From: Mobula hypostoma
Lineage: Eukaryota
Reading direction: 5' to 3'
DNA: 64,000 nucleotides
Assembly (NCBI RefSeq): GCF_963921235.1
Contig: NC_086097.1
Span: 98,272,001-98,336,000 of the forward strand
Below are positions 39,050-50,879 of the stretch, in pieces; the first letter of the stretch is position 1, and every line of letters begins with the position of its first letter. The notes beneath the pieces were generated by a model. The model had not been told where the DNA came from. It ran no database searches and was given only the letters and a program-made list of their open reading frames with translations. The position numbers and the translations under genes are program-made.

Positions 39050-39177
39050 ACACACAAAGTTGCTGGTGAACACAGCAGGCCAGGCAGCATCTCTAGGAAG
39101 AGGTACAGTCGACGTTTCGGGCCGAGACCCTTCGTCAGGACTAACTGAAGGAAGAGCTAGTAAGAGATTTGAAAGTT
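39050..39177 (-). mobile_element. Penelope pLTR fragment (single arm) containing an intact hammerhead motif
   Basis: Same arm sequence as the hairpins at 39556 and 45916, extended through the ribozyme core. Confidence 0.8.
39107..39142 (-). ncRNA. Minimal type I hammerhead ribozyme motif (Penelope-associated)
   Basis: AGUC-CUGACGA-A-GGGU(CUCG)GCCC-GAAA-CG-UC/GACU: stem I AGUC:GACU, complete core, 4-bp stem II, loopless palindromic ACGU stem III, GUC cleavage triplet (between 39111 and 39110). Confidence 0.8.
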
Positions 39178-39555
39178 TAACATTTCAACGAGCAAATTCT
39201 GAAAAAGCTGTTACTTGGTGAGAAGAGTACAGTTCACAATCTTGAGTTAACATTTCCAGCTGCACACACACCCCGAGTGGTTATCTATTATTCAATGCGC
39301 ACTTGGCATTCTAAATTAGATAGCGTTTTACTGAGTTAGAAAAGCTAAAAATTGGCCTCTTACAGAAGACATTTTCACAGCGTATTTAATGCAAGACCAT
39401 GAGATGAAAGGGTTAGTCAACCACTCTGCACTTAATTCTGCTGGAAACAGACTGGCTGGTGTCTGAAAGCGTTTTGAGTGTGCAGCAATGCCATTTGCCA
39501 ATAGCACTTTTGTTATGGTCTCACTGTGACAGAGAAGAAAGCAATCCCAGTCCTA

Positions 39556-39734
39556 GCAACACACATCAAAGTTGCTGGTGAACACAGCAGGCCAGCCAGC
39601 ATCTCTAGGAAGACGTACAGTCGACTGTACCTCTTCCTAGAGATGCTGCCTGGCCTGCTGTGTTCACCAGCAACTTTGATGTGTGTTGCTTGAATTTCCA
39701 GCATCTGCAGAATTCCTGTTGTTTGTGTTTTTAA
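39556..39734 (+). mobile_element. Penelope pLTR-derived near-perfect palindromic insertion
   Basis: 67-bp arms 39556-39622 and 39623-39689 with 2 mismatches and no spacer. Perfect 13-bp TSD AATCCCAGTCCTA (39543-39555 and 39735-39747). Confidence 0.88.
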
Positions 39735-39808
39735 AATCCCAGTCCTACTTCCTTTACTTGCAGCCCTCCAACTTATTCTGACTCACTTATCAATTAACTT
39801 CCCATACA

Positions 39809-42800
39809 CAGTGGATTCTAGTTAATTGGGACACATCAGAACTAGTACATTTTGGCCCAACTAAAGGTCCACCCCAATTAGCTGAAATTTCATGGAAATA
39901 GTTAAAATATAAAAAAGACAAATTACCATTTAACTGAGTAACAAATTATGTATTTAAATGAAACAGAACAAATTAGAACACAACCAATACTACTACAGTA
40001 CTATAAAACCGTATTAGTTTCTTACAGCTATCAAAAGAATTCATCCAGGGTACGCTGCCATGTTCTTTTGATTGACAGTAAATGAACAAAGTCAGCACAG
40101 ATACCTAGTGTAGATAATGAACTGCCTTCATAACAATGTTTTTGACAATTATTTATTTCCAAATATTTATTTCCTTTGTAACATTCAAGATGATTGTCAA
40201 TACCTACAAATATACCTATAGCGCTTAACTTGAAGCAGCAAAAGGGTTTCATTTTCACTCCCAGCTGTTTCTGGCATCTCCAAACCTGAATGCTTGAAAC
40301 CACCGTGAGCAAAATGAAAATGGTTCTGAATTGCCCTACTGCTTATCGCTCACCAACTGTCAGTGCAAGAATCACTGCTGTTGGAAGACAAACGTGCACA
40401 TCTGATGCTACTTTAAAACTGTTCACTCTAAGCACACCAGTACACGACTGATGCTAGTTAGAACCTATTCAGCAACATTCAGTCTTTTGTTGGGGGGGGG
40501 GGGGGAAGAGACAGCATCAGTGGCCGTGCCTCTGGCAAGGGGTTTAGATGGGCTGGAGTTTGTTAGGTGTGTTCAGGAAGGTTTCTTGACACAATATGTA
40601 GATAAGCCTACAAGAGGAGAGACTGTACTTGATTTGGTACTGGGAAATGAACCTGGTCAGGTGTCAGCTATCTCAGTGGGAGAGCATTTTGGAGATAGAG
40701 ATCACAATTCACAATAGCAATGGAGAGCGGAACAAACAAGTTAGAAAAGCATTTAATTGGAGTAAGGGGAATTATGAGGCTATCAGGCAGGAACTTGGAA
40801 GCTTAAATTGGGAAAAGATATTCTCAGGGAAAGGTACAGAAGAAATGTGGCAAATATTCAGGGGATATTTGTGTGGAGTTCTGCATAGGTACGATCCAAA
40901 TAGACAGGGAAATTATGGTAGGGTACCAGAACTGTGGTGTACAAAGGCTGTAATAATTCTAGTCAAGAAGAAAAGCTTACAAAAGGGTCAGAGAGCTAGG
41001 TAATGTTAGAGGTCTAGAAGATTATAAGGCTAACAGAAAGAAGCTTAAGGAGGAAATTAGGAGAGCCAGAAGGGGCCATGAGAAGGCCTTGGCGGGCAGA
41101 TTAAGGAAAACCCCAAGGCATTCTACAAGTATGTGAAGAGCAAGAGGATAAGAGGTGAAAGAATAGAACCTATCAAGTGTGTATGGAACCGGAGGAAATA
41201 GCAGAGGTACTTAATGAATACTTTACTTCAGTATTCACTATGGAAAAGGAGCTTAGTGATTGTAGGGATGACTTGCAGCAGACTGAAAAGCTTGAGCATG
41301 TAGATATTAAGAAAGAGGATGTGCTGGAGCTTTTGGAAAGCATGAAGTTGGACAAGTCGCCGGGACCAGATGAGATGTACCCCAGGCTACTGTGGGAAGT
41401 GAGGGAGGAGATTGTTGAGATTCTGGCGATGATCTTTGCATTATCAATGGGGACATGAGAGGTTCCAGAGGATTGGAGGGTTGCGGATGTTGTTCCCTTA
41501 TTCAAGAAAGGGAGCAGAGATAGCCCAGGAATTTATAGACCAGTGAGTCTTACTTCGGTGGTTGGTAAGTTGATGGAGAAGATCCTGAGAGGCAGGATTT
41601 ATGAACATTTGGAGAGGCATAATATGATTAGGAATAGTCAGCATGGCTTTGTCAAGGGCAGGTCATGCTTACGAGCCTGATCGAATTTTTTTGAGGATGT
41701 GACTAAACAGGTTGATGAAGGAAGAGTAGTAGATGTAGTGTATATGGATTTCAGCAAGGTATTTGATAAGGTACCCCATGCCAAGCTTATTGAGAAAGTA
41801 AGGAGGCATGGGATCCAAGGGGAGATTGCTTTGTGGATCCAGAAATGGCTTGCCTACAGAAGGCAAAGTGTGGTTGTAGATGGGTCATATTCTGCATGGA
41901 GGTCAGTGACCAGTGGTGTGCCTCAGGGATCTGTTCTGGGACCCCTGCTCTTTGTGATTTTTATAAATGACCTGGATGAGGAAGTGGAGGGATGGATTAG
42001 TAAATTTGCTGATGGCACAAAGGTTGGGTGTGTTGTGGATAGTGTTGAGGGCTGTCAGAGGTTACAGTGGGACATTGATAGGATGCAAAACTAGGCTGAG
42101 AAGTGGCAGATGGAGTTCAACCTGGATAAGTGTGAAGTGGTTCATTTTGGTAGGTCAAATATGACTGCAGAATATAGTATTAATGGTAAGACTCTTGGCA
42201 GTGTGGAGGATCAGAGGGATCTTGGGGTCCAAGTCCATAGGACACTCAAAGCAGCTGCGCAGGTCGACTCTGTGGTTAAGAAGGCATACGGTGCATTGGC
42301 CTTCATCAATCGTGGAATTGAATTTAGGAGCCGAGAGGTAATGTTGCAGCTATACATGACCCTGGTCAGACCCCACTTGGAGTGTACTGTGCTCAGTTCT
42401 GGCCACCTCACTGCAGGAAGGATGGGGAAACCAGAGAAAAGGTGCAGAGGAGATTTACAGGGATGTTGCCTGGATTGGGGAGCATGCCTTATGAAGACAG
42501 GTTGAGTGAACTCTGTCTTTTCTCCTTGGAGCGAAGGAGGATGAGAGGTGACCTGATAGAGGTGTACAAGATGATGAGAGGCATTGATCGTGTGGATAGT
42601 CAGAGGCTTTTTCCCAGGGCTGAAATGGCTGCCACAAGAGGGCACAGGTTTAAGGTACAGAGGAGATGTCAGGGGTAAGTTGTTGTTGTTGTTTGGTTTC
42701 TTTTAAAAAATGCAGAGTGGTGAGTGCGCCGAGTGGGCTGCTGGCAACGGAGGTGGAGGCGGAATTGACAGGGTCTTTTAAAAGACTTTTGGATAGGTAC

Positions 42801-43067
42801 ATGGAGCTTAGAAAAATAGAGGGCTATGGGTAACCCTAGTAATTTCTAAGGTAGGGACATGTTTGGTACAACTTTGTGGGCTGAAGGGCCTGTATTGTGC
42901 TGTAGGTTTTCTATTTTTCTGTTCTCCTGATCCAATTAAGCGGCATGGTGTCCAAATAAGCAAAGGAAATCCTGGTAATTTTCTCGATTAGTGTTTGTTC
43001 TTTAAGAGTTGCCCCAAATAAGCGGCTGACCCGATTGACCCACGGCCCAATTAACTAGAATCCACTG
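39809..43067. mobile_element. Non-autonomous Tc1/mariner-superfamily (Tigger-like) DNA element split by a CR1 insertion
   Basis: 22-bp perfect TIR CAGTGGATTCTAGTTAATTGGG / CCCAATTAACTAGAATCCACTG|TA. Confidence 0.8.
40525..42925 (+). mobile_element. Relatively young 5'-truncated CR1 LINE (ORF2 endonuclease end, RT, 3' tail)
   Basis: YMDFSKVFDKVPH, SGVPQGSVLGPLLFVIFINDL, KFADGTK and LVRPHLE, with few stops or frameshifts. Confidence 0.95.
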
Positions 43068-43914
43068 TATTAATTTGCAATAAAGCAGTGGCCAATTGAT
43101 CCAACATATTGGAGGAAACCAGACCACCAGGTAAAAACCCACTTAGCCATGGGAAGAAAATGCAAGACAAAAGATCTGGAGCTGCAGTAGACTGCTTTCC
43201 AGTTGGTACAGGCAGACACAATATAGATTATATGGAGGAATGTTCACTTCTGCTATCCCTACCACCCAATCACATTCTCCAGCTCTTCAAACTACATGGA
43301 TCCAAAGGTGAAGGGTTTCACAGTCAGTTGCTGTCACTCTGGCTTCCAAATTGTATCAGAGATGATAGAGGAGGGTGGGGGGGAAATCTACGTCATAGTT
43401 CCCAGTTTTCTGCTTGCAACTGCATGAAAGAAGTCATCTCTGTGTTCTATTGTGGGTGTCTGATGTTTGCTTTGGTAGCTGAGGAAAGCCAAGAGAGTAA
43501 GGAGTACAGCTGAATAGAAGACTGCTGAAAATGACCAGGCGCTGGGTCAAGGAATTCTGCTCAACAACTCTGATGTCACACACATAAAGGCTAAAATAGG
43601 GAAGAATGTGAAAAGGATGCTGAAGCATTGGCTGACAGTGTAGGATAGGCATATGGGTAAGTTTTAAGGAGCATTAGTGAAATATAATTCTATGCCACAA
43701 AACACGAATCTCAATTTATAAAAATGTGGAACTTCTTCCTGAACTACTAATATATGCTAAAAATTGGTGCAGGAGCACATCTTAAGTCATTTCTAACTCT
43801 TCTGGCACCTCAGGGACACAGATTATATCTTATTTCCAACACATTCAATAAGATGTTCCAATCAGAATAAGTAAACTCAGGTTTGCATCCTCTTCTGTAG
43901 CAGTTTCTGATGTC

Positions 43915-45080
43915 TGTAAGACATAAGAGCAGAGTTAGGCCATCTGGCCCATCGAGTCTACTCTGTCATTCAATCATGGCTGATCCTTTTTTTCTAGCTC
44001 TTCCTCAACCCGTTCCCGGCCTTCTCCCCGTAACCTTTGATGCCATATCCAATCAAGAACCTGAGACTGTGCCCTCTTGTCCTAGACTCTCCCACCATGG
44101 GAAACACTCTTTCCACATCTACTCCATCTCGCATCTTTCAATATTCGAAAAGGTTTCAATGAGATCCCCCCCACCCCATCCTTCTGAATTCCAGCGAATA
44201 CAGACTCAGAGCCATCAAATGTTCCTCATATGATAACCCTTTCATTCCTGGAATCATCCTTGTGAACCCGCTCCAATGCTAGCAAATCTTTTCTAAGATG
44301 AGGAGCCCCAAAACTGTTCACAATACTCAAGGTGAGACCTCACCAATGCCTTACAAAACCTCAGGATCACATCCTTGCTCTTGTATTCCAGACCTCGTGA
44401 AATGAATGCTAACATGGCATTTGCCTTCTTCACCATCAACTCAACCTGCAAGTTAACCTTCAGGATGTTCTGCACAAGGACTCCCAAGTTCCTCTACATC
44501 TCAGATTCCTGGATTTTCTCCCCATTTAGAAAATAGGTCACACATTTATTTCTACTATCAAAGTTCATGGCTATGCATTTTCCAACATTGTGTTTCATGT
44601 GCCACTTTCTTGTCCATTATCCTAATTTGTCCAAGTCCTTCTGCAGCCTACCTGTTTCCTCAACACTACTTGCACCTCCACTAATCTTCACATCATCTGC
44701 AAACTTGGCATCAAAGCCATCTATTCCACCATCTAAATCATTGATATACAGCACAAAAAGAAGTGGCCCCAACACCGACCCCTGTGGAACACAACTAGTC
44801 ACTGGCAGCCAATCAGAAAAGGATCCTTTTATTCCTACTCGTTGCCTCCTACCAATTAGCCAATGTTCTAACCATGTTAGTAACTTTCCTGTAATGCCAT
44901 GGGCTCTTAACTTGGTAAGCAGCCTCATGTGTGTCACCTTGTCAAAGGCCTTCTGAAAGTCCAAATATATAACATCCACTGCATCCCCTTTATCTATCCC
45001 TGAAGGAAACCACGCTGACTTTGGCTGTTACCAAGTACGCCATCACCTCATTCTCAGCAATTGACTCTAACATCTTCCTA
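43915..45080 (-). mobile_element. CR1 LINE RT/3' fragment
   Basis: YLDFQKAFDKVTH..VPQGSVLGPLLFVLYINDL..KFADDVK. Confidence 0.92.
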
Positions 45081-45445
45081 ACCACACAATACACACACGT
45101 TAAGCAGTGTTGTGGCTTGTTGGAGTCAAAGCTGCTCTTTAAGGATCTCTGTGAAAGTCCTTTGATTTCCTCCCATGTTCCAAAGTCATACCAGGAAGGT
45201 TAACTGGTCACTGTAAATTGTCCCATGTTTAGGTTAGGGTTTATCAGGGCTGTGGGGTGGCATGGCTCCAAGGGTTGGAAGAGAGCTATTCCAATCTGTA
45301 TCGTTCAATAAAAAGTAAAACCCTGAAGCCAGTGGTGAGTCAGCTGCTTGACTTAAAGCCATTATTTTGATGCAGTTGAGCTGCTGCCTCACAGTTTCAG
45401 TAATCCATGTTCAATTCTAACCTTCTGTACTGTGTAAGTGATGTG

Positions 45446-48400
45446 TGTAACCCTCTCCCCGGCCGCCTGCACCAACTTGGCTTAGCAGAGCTAGCTGTCA
45501 ACAGCCATGTGACTCAGCAGCAAGAAGGCTAGCTTTCATAAGCAATATAGGTCTAGGGTTGGTATGATTTGGGGTTCAACCAAACAGGAACCTCCTGATG
45601 TTCTGATTAAAGGAACCTCGATTTGAGTGAATGCTGTGTAAATATTGCCCATACACAGTTATCGGTCGCCCAGAAATAACAGATTGCACACCAGCATAAA
45701 ATTAAGTATATTTACCAAATTTACAGTTACAGAAAAAGGAAAGAAATAAAAAGGCCCATTACAGCTAAACCAGTCCAATGTGCACATAAACATTGGAGCT
45801 CATTTCTTGAGTAGTCGGGGGTGTATTGCTTTACTCACATGGTGAACCCATGGTTTGCGTGAGAGCACCTGTCACAGTCAGTATTTCCCTCGAAGACCAT
45901 CTTGAATGAACTGGCAAAACACATAAAAGTTGCTGGTGAACACAGCAGGCCAGGCAACATCTCTAGGAAGAGGTGCAGTCGACGTTTCAGGACGAGACCC
46001 TTCGTCTGCACCTCTTCCTAGAGATGCTGCTTGGCCTGCTGTGTTCACCAGCAACTTTTATGTGTGTTGCTTGAATTTCCAGCATCTGCAGAATTCCTGT
46101 TGTTTGAATGAACTGGCTCTTTTTGGAGTTACTCACCTGTACAAGGCACTTCTTGCAACACGACTTATCTTCCAATGGTATTCTGTGGCATCTTCCCTTG
46201 TGCCCCGCTCCACAGCTCCCGCCAAGAGGACCCCAGACTACTGTCCTCCAGAATTCTCTTCCCACCCAGCTCGCTAGAACCTTCTCTACATCCCACAATC
46301 CTGACTGGTTGACAACACGGCTCCTTATCTTTCACCAAAACATTTTTACCAGAACACACTGCATTTACAGAAACTGCTAAAATAAAGTACTTCACAGCAT
46401 AGCAATAGAAATCTTAACCAGGGCATTATCTTCTCCTCCCACCAAAAAGTCATGTCCTCGCGAGTTTGGAACTCATTAAACCATTATTAAAAATACAGCA
46501 TTGAAATAAATATTATGATTTCAGTACCCCCAATCCATTTCTAAATATCAGTAACATATCTTGCTACTGGGATGGACACAACTCTGTTTCCCCGGTGCAT
46601 TATATGCCAGCTTATCAGGGGATTTCCTAACTGACACTTTATCTCATCGTCAGCTTCTTCAGCCTCACGTACTCCTTGTGACTGTTCCGTCTACTTGGGG
46701 ATGCCGCCTCGTCTATCACTTGTACCTACCAGCGACTCGGGTCTCCCTACCAGCTGACGGAACTCAGCTTCATTCCCAATTATATTGGAGCCCAGTTTGA
46801 ACAGGTGCTGCTGAACATAGTCAACCTTCACTGGTGCTAACCAGCGAGACCTCTCCTGGAAAGGGATGTCCTCCATCACTATAGTGTGGTGAGTACTCTT
46901 GGAGCAGCAAACAAACTCATCAGTAAAAAAAGACATCTTCAAGCTTCAACATCCTTTCCCTTTCCATTCCTCGGGTATTGGGGAGTTAACAAAGTCAAAT
47001 GACTTTGCTGTTAACTTTCCCGATTCAGGAGACTGTTCCTCTCCCAGGTAAGGTCTCCCTCTGAGGTGTTCCTGATAATCACTGTCATCCTGTTCCGTGG
47101 ACAGCTGAAGGTTTCTGCAGAGTTCAGGTCTCACCAACGCTCTAGCACGTAAGCGTGACCCTTCCGTGGTCCTCCAGAGCATCCACCTGCAGGGGCCATG
47201 GCATCGGGCATTCCGGAGGAATCTGGGGTTTCCCGTCACTCTAGCTACTTCCCCAGGATGTAGAATGATGGGTTTAGACTGGGTGTACCAAACAGTTTCT
47301 CAATTATGCTCATCATCCTGATTAGGAGGAAATTGCACCTTCTCAAAAACAGCTCTGAACACTGAGTGAAAGGACAGGGTGCTTTTTGGATGGTCCCACG
47401 AGCCTTCTCACAATGGGAGTATTTGTTCCCACAAGAACGGAAGCTTCACTTTTCTCCAAGTAAAATGTGGACTGCCCATGGTCCCACCTCTCCAGGCTCC
47501 CCAATCTTCTCACGTCATCAGAAGCCTGGACTAACATGACATCCTTACCAGCTGATTGGTCAAAATGCATTAAATCAGCGTAACTTCTTCAAAACTTTTA
47601 CAGAATTCAGCGCTTTAAACCACAGGGCGTCAGGGATTTGAATAACCACTCCACTCTGAACACCAGTATTACTTGTGGTTAACCTCTTCAAATTGCACCT
47701 TAATCCCAGCAGCATCCAATACAAAGTACTTTAATTACAACACACCTCACTTTCCCCAAACACCAGTTTACACACTAGTTTAAACACACAAATAAAACCA
47801 CTTAATCAATCCTTAAACAGCATTCACCCAGCATCTGAAATCCAGGGTGAGCACCCTACAAATGTAACCTTCTCATCAGGCTTGTACCCCAACTTGGCTT
47901 GTTAGTTAACTCGTTTACCAGCCATGTGACTCAGCGGTGAGAAGACCACCTTCCATATGCAATAGGGTCGGTATGAGCTGGGGTTCAACCAAACAGGAAT
48001 GTTGGGATGTCTCAATTAAAGAAACCCCAATTTGAGTGAATGCTGTGTAAGTACTACCCACACACAGATATTGGTAGCCCAGAAATGACAGATCTTACGC
48101 CAGCATAAAAACATAAAAGAAAGCATATTTACCAAATTTACATTTACAGAAAAAAAATAAAAGGGGCCCATTACATCTAAACATATAAACGTTGGAGCTC
48201 ATTTCTGGAATAGTCAGGGGTATCACTTCACTCACACATTGGACCCACCGTCTGCATGAAAGCACCCACCACAGTCCAAATTTCCCTTGAAGACCATCTC
48301 AAATGAACTGGCTCTCTCAGGCATATGGGCTTTTCCTCCTTGGAGCGATCCTGCCAAAAGGATCCCAAACCAGACTATTGTCCTCCAGAAATCTCTTCCC

Positions 48401-48569
48401 ACCCAGCTTGCGAGAACCTTCTCTACATTTCAGAATCCTGATTGGCACACAATATTCCTAAATTGGACAACAAGGCTTCTTATCTCCAGAACACACTGCT
48501 TTTACAGAAACTGCTAAAATAAAATAAAGCATAGCAGTAGAAATCTACACGTGTAGTACAGGGCATTAC
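45446..48569 (-). mobile_element. Internally deleted Gypsy-like LTR element: 3' LTR ~45446-46430, 5' LTR ~47863-48569
   Basis: Two diverged ~700-800 bp direct repeats, both bounded by TGTAAC..GGGCATTA. Polypurine tract GGTGGGAGGAGAAG (46431-46444, minus). Degenerate tRNA-Pro-like PBS at ~47840-47862. Gag traces IPDALWFKALNSVKVL and IGEPGEVGPWAVHIL. No TSD found. Confidence 0.78.
45916..46103 (+). mobile_element. Penelope pLTR-derived hairpin insertion inside the LTR
   Basis: Inverted arms around a partial antisense hammerhead. Perfect 14-bp TSD TTGAATGAACTGGC (45902-45915 and 46104-46117). The insertion is absent from the other LTR (~48302-48313). Confidence 0.88.
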
Positions 48570-49372
48570 CGATAAAAATCTTTACACACATGAAACTTGC
48601 AGGTATTTGCATGAGAACCAAGATAAAATATATAGCCAAACCAAAACTGGCACAGGTCAACTAGCAGAGCTTTAGCATTCTTTTACTACTACTGGATTAA
48701 TTCCTAGGCCCATAGTTTAGCACTTCGCCAATAGCAACAATTAGTTTCCTGGGGCAAAAATAATACATGAGATAATTAAATGGTGGAACTTAATCCCTGT
48801 GAAATGAAAAATTCGTTCATGAAATTATACCATTGTTCTCAAAATATGTGCACCCCATCAGAATGGCAAATTTCGATGTCCATTTGGGAAACTCTTAGAT
48901 AAGCATATGTATGAAAAATGGAGGGCTACGTTGGAGGGAAGCATTAAATTGATCTTAAGAGCAAATTGAAAGGTCAGCACAACATTGTGGGTTGAAGGGC
49001 CTATACTCTGCTATAGTGTTTGATGTTCTATGTACTGTGGAGAACACTGACTGAATCACAGTCTGATATGGAGGTTTCAATGCACAGAATCAAAACAGGC
49101 TTCAGAGGGTTGTAGATTCAGACAATTCCATCACGTGCACCATCACTGGGGACACAGATATCAAAGTCGGTTTCTCAAGAAGGTACCACCCATCAATAAG
49201 GACCCCCATCATTTACATACATTCTTCTCTCAGGTAGGAGGTATAGGAGTCTGAAGGCCCATACTCAATGTTTTTCCCCTCTGCCATCAGATTTCAAACT
49301 GTCCATGAATCTATGAACACTGCCTCACAATTCCACTTTTGAATTATTTTAAATTTTAACTGATATTACTTA

Positions 49373-50807
49373 CAAAACCCATTTCTAGAAAAGTTGGGAT
49401 ATTTTCCAAAATGCAATAAAAAAATCTGTGATATGTTAATTCACATGAACCTTTATTTAACTGACAAAAGTACAAAGAAAAGATTTTCAATAGTTTTACT
49501 GACCAACTTAATTGTATTTTGTAAACGTACACAAATTTAGAATTTGATGGCTGCAACACACTCAACAAAAGTTGGGACAGAGGCATGTTTACCATTGTTA
49601 CATCACCTTTCCTTTTAATAACACATTTTAATCATTTTGGAACTGAGGATACTAATTCTAGTAGATTTGCAATTGGTAATTTTGTCCATTCTTGCTTGAT
49701 ACAAGACTTCAGCTGCTCAACAGTCTGTGGTCTCCATTGTCTGATTCCCCTCTTCATGATGCACCATACATTTTCAATAGTAGATAGATCTGGACTGGCC
49801 GCAGGCCAGACAAGCACACGCACTCTGTGTCTACAAAGCCACGCTGTTGTAGCCCGTGCAGAATGTGGTCTGGCATCGTCCTGCTGAAATAAGCATGGAC
49901 GTCCCAGGAACAGATGTCACCTTAATGGCAACATATGTCTCTCTAAAATCCTAATATACGCCTCAGAGCCAATGGTACCTTCACATACATGCAACTCACC
50001 CATGCTGTGGGCACTGATGCACCCCCATACCATCACAGATGCTGGCTTTTGCACCTTTTGCCGATAACAATCTGGATGGTCATTTTCATCTTTGACACAG
50101 AGAACTCGACGCCCGTTTTTTCCGAAAACTAGCTGAAATGTGGACTCATCTGACCACAGCACACGGTTCCAGTCTTTCGGTCCATCTGAGGTGAGCTCGG
50201 GCCCAGAGAACTTGCCGGCGTTTCTGCATAGAGTTGATGTATGGCTTCCTCCTTGCGTAATACAGTTTCAAGTTGCATTTCTGGATGCAGCGATGGACTG
50301 TGTTGAGTGACAATGGTTTTCCGAAGTACTCCCGAGCCCAGGTGGCTATAAGTGTCACAGTAGCATGAAGGTTTCTTAGGCAGTGCCGCCTGAGGGCTCG
50401 AAGATCACGCGCATTCAACAGTGGTTTCCGACCTTGCCCTTTACGCACTCAGATGTCTCTGAATTCTCTGAATCTTTTCACAATATTATGTACTGTAGAT
50501 GTTGAAAGACCTAAATTCTCTGCAATCTTGCATTGAGAAATATTCCTTTTGAACTGATACTTGAATATTCTGTGCACTTTTCAATCCTATTTTAACTCTG
50601 TCCCAACTTTTGTTGTGTGTTGCAGCCATCAAATTCTAAATTTGTGTATATTTACAAAATACAATTAAGTTGGTCAGTAAAACTATTGAAAATCTTTTCT
50701 TTGTACTTTTGTCACTTAAATAAAGGTTCACGTGAATTAACATATCACAGATTTTTGTTTTTATTGCATTTTGGAAAATATCCCAACTTTTCTGGAAATA
50801 GAGTTTG
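49373..50807 (-). mobile_element. Tc1 (DD34E) transposon with ~210-bp IR/DR TIRs, decayed
   Basis: TA|CAAAACCCATTTCTAGAAAAGTTGGGATATTTTCCAAAATGC...TATCCCAACTTTTCTGGAAATAGAGTTTG|TA. Motifs WSDES, VMVWGCIS and FQQDD-(34)-SPDLSTIE; one in-frame stop at 49917 and a frameshift near 50165. Confidence 0.95.
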
Positions 50808-50879
50808 TATATATTGCACTGTTTTGCTGCCACAAAACAACAAATTTCACAACACATGTCAGTGATTATAAAGCAGCTT

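Noticed and set aside
41699..42678. Reverse transcriptase ORFs as an active element or a retron-like system
   Set aside because: Ordinary CR1 ORF2 fragments with stops, frameshifts and a FADG change in the catalytic motif.
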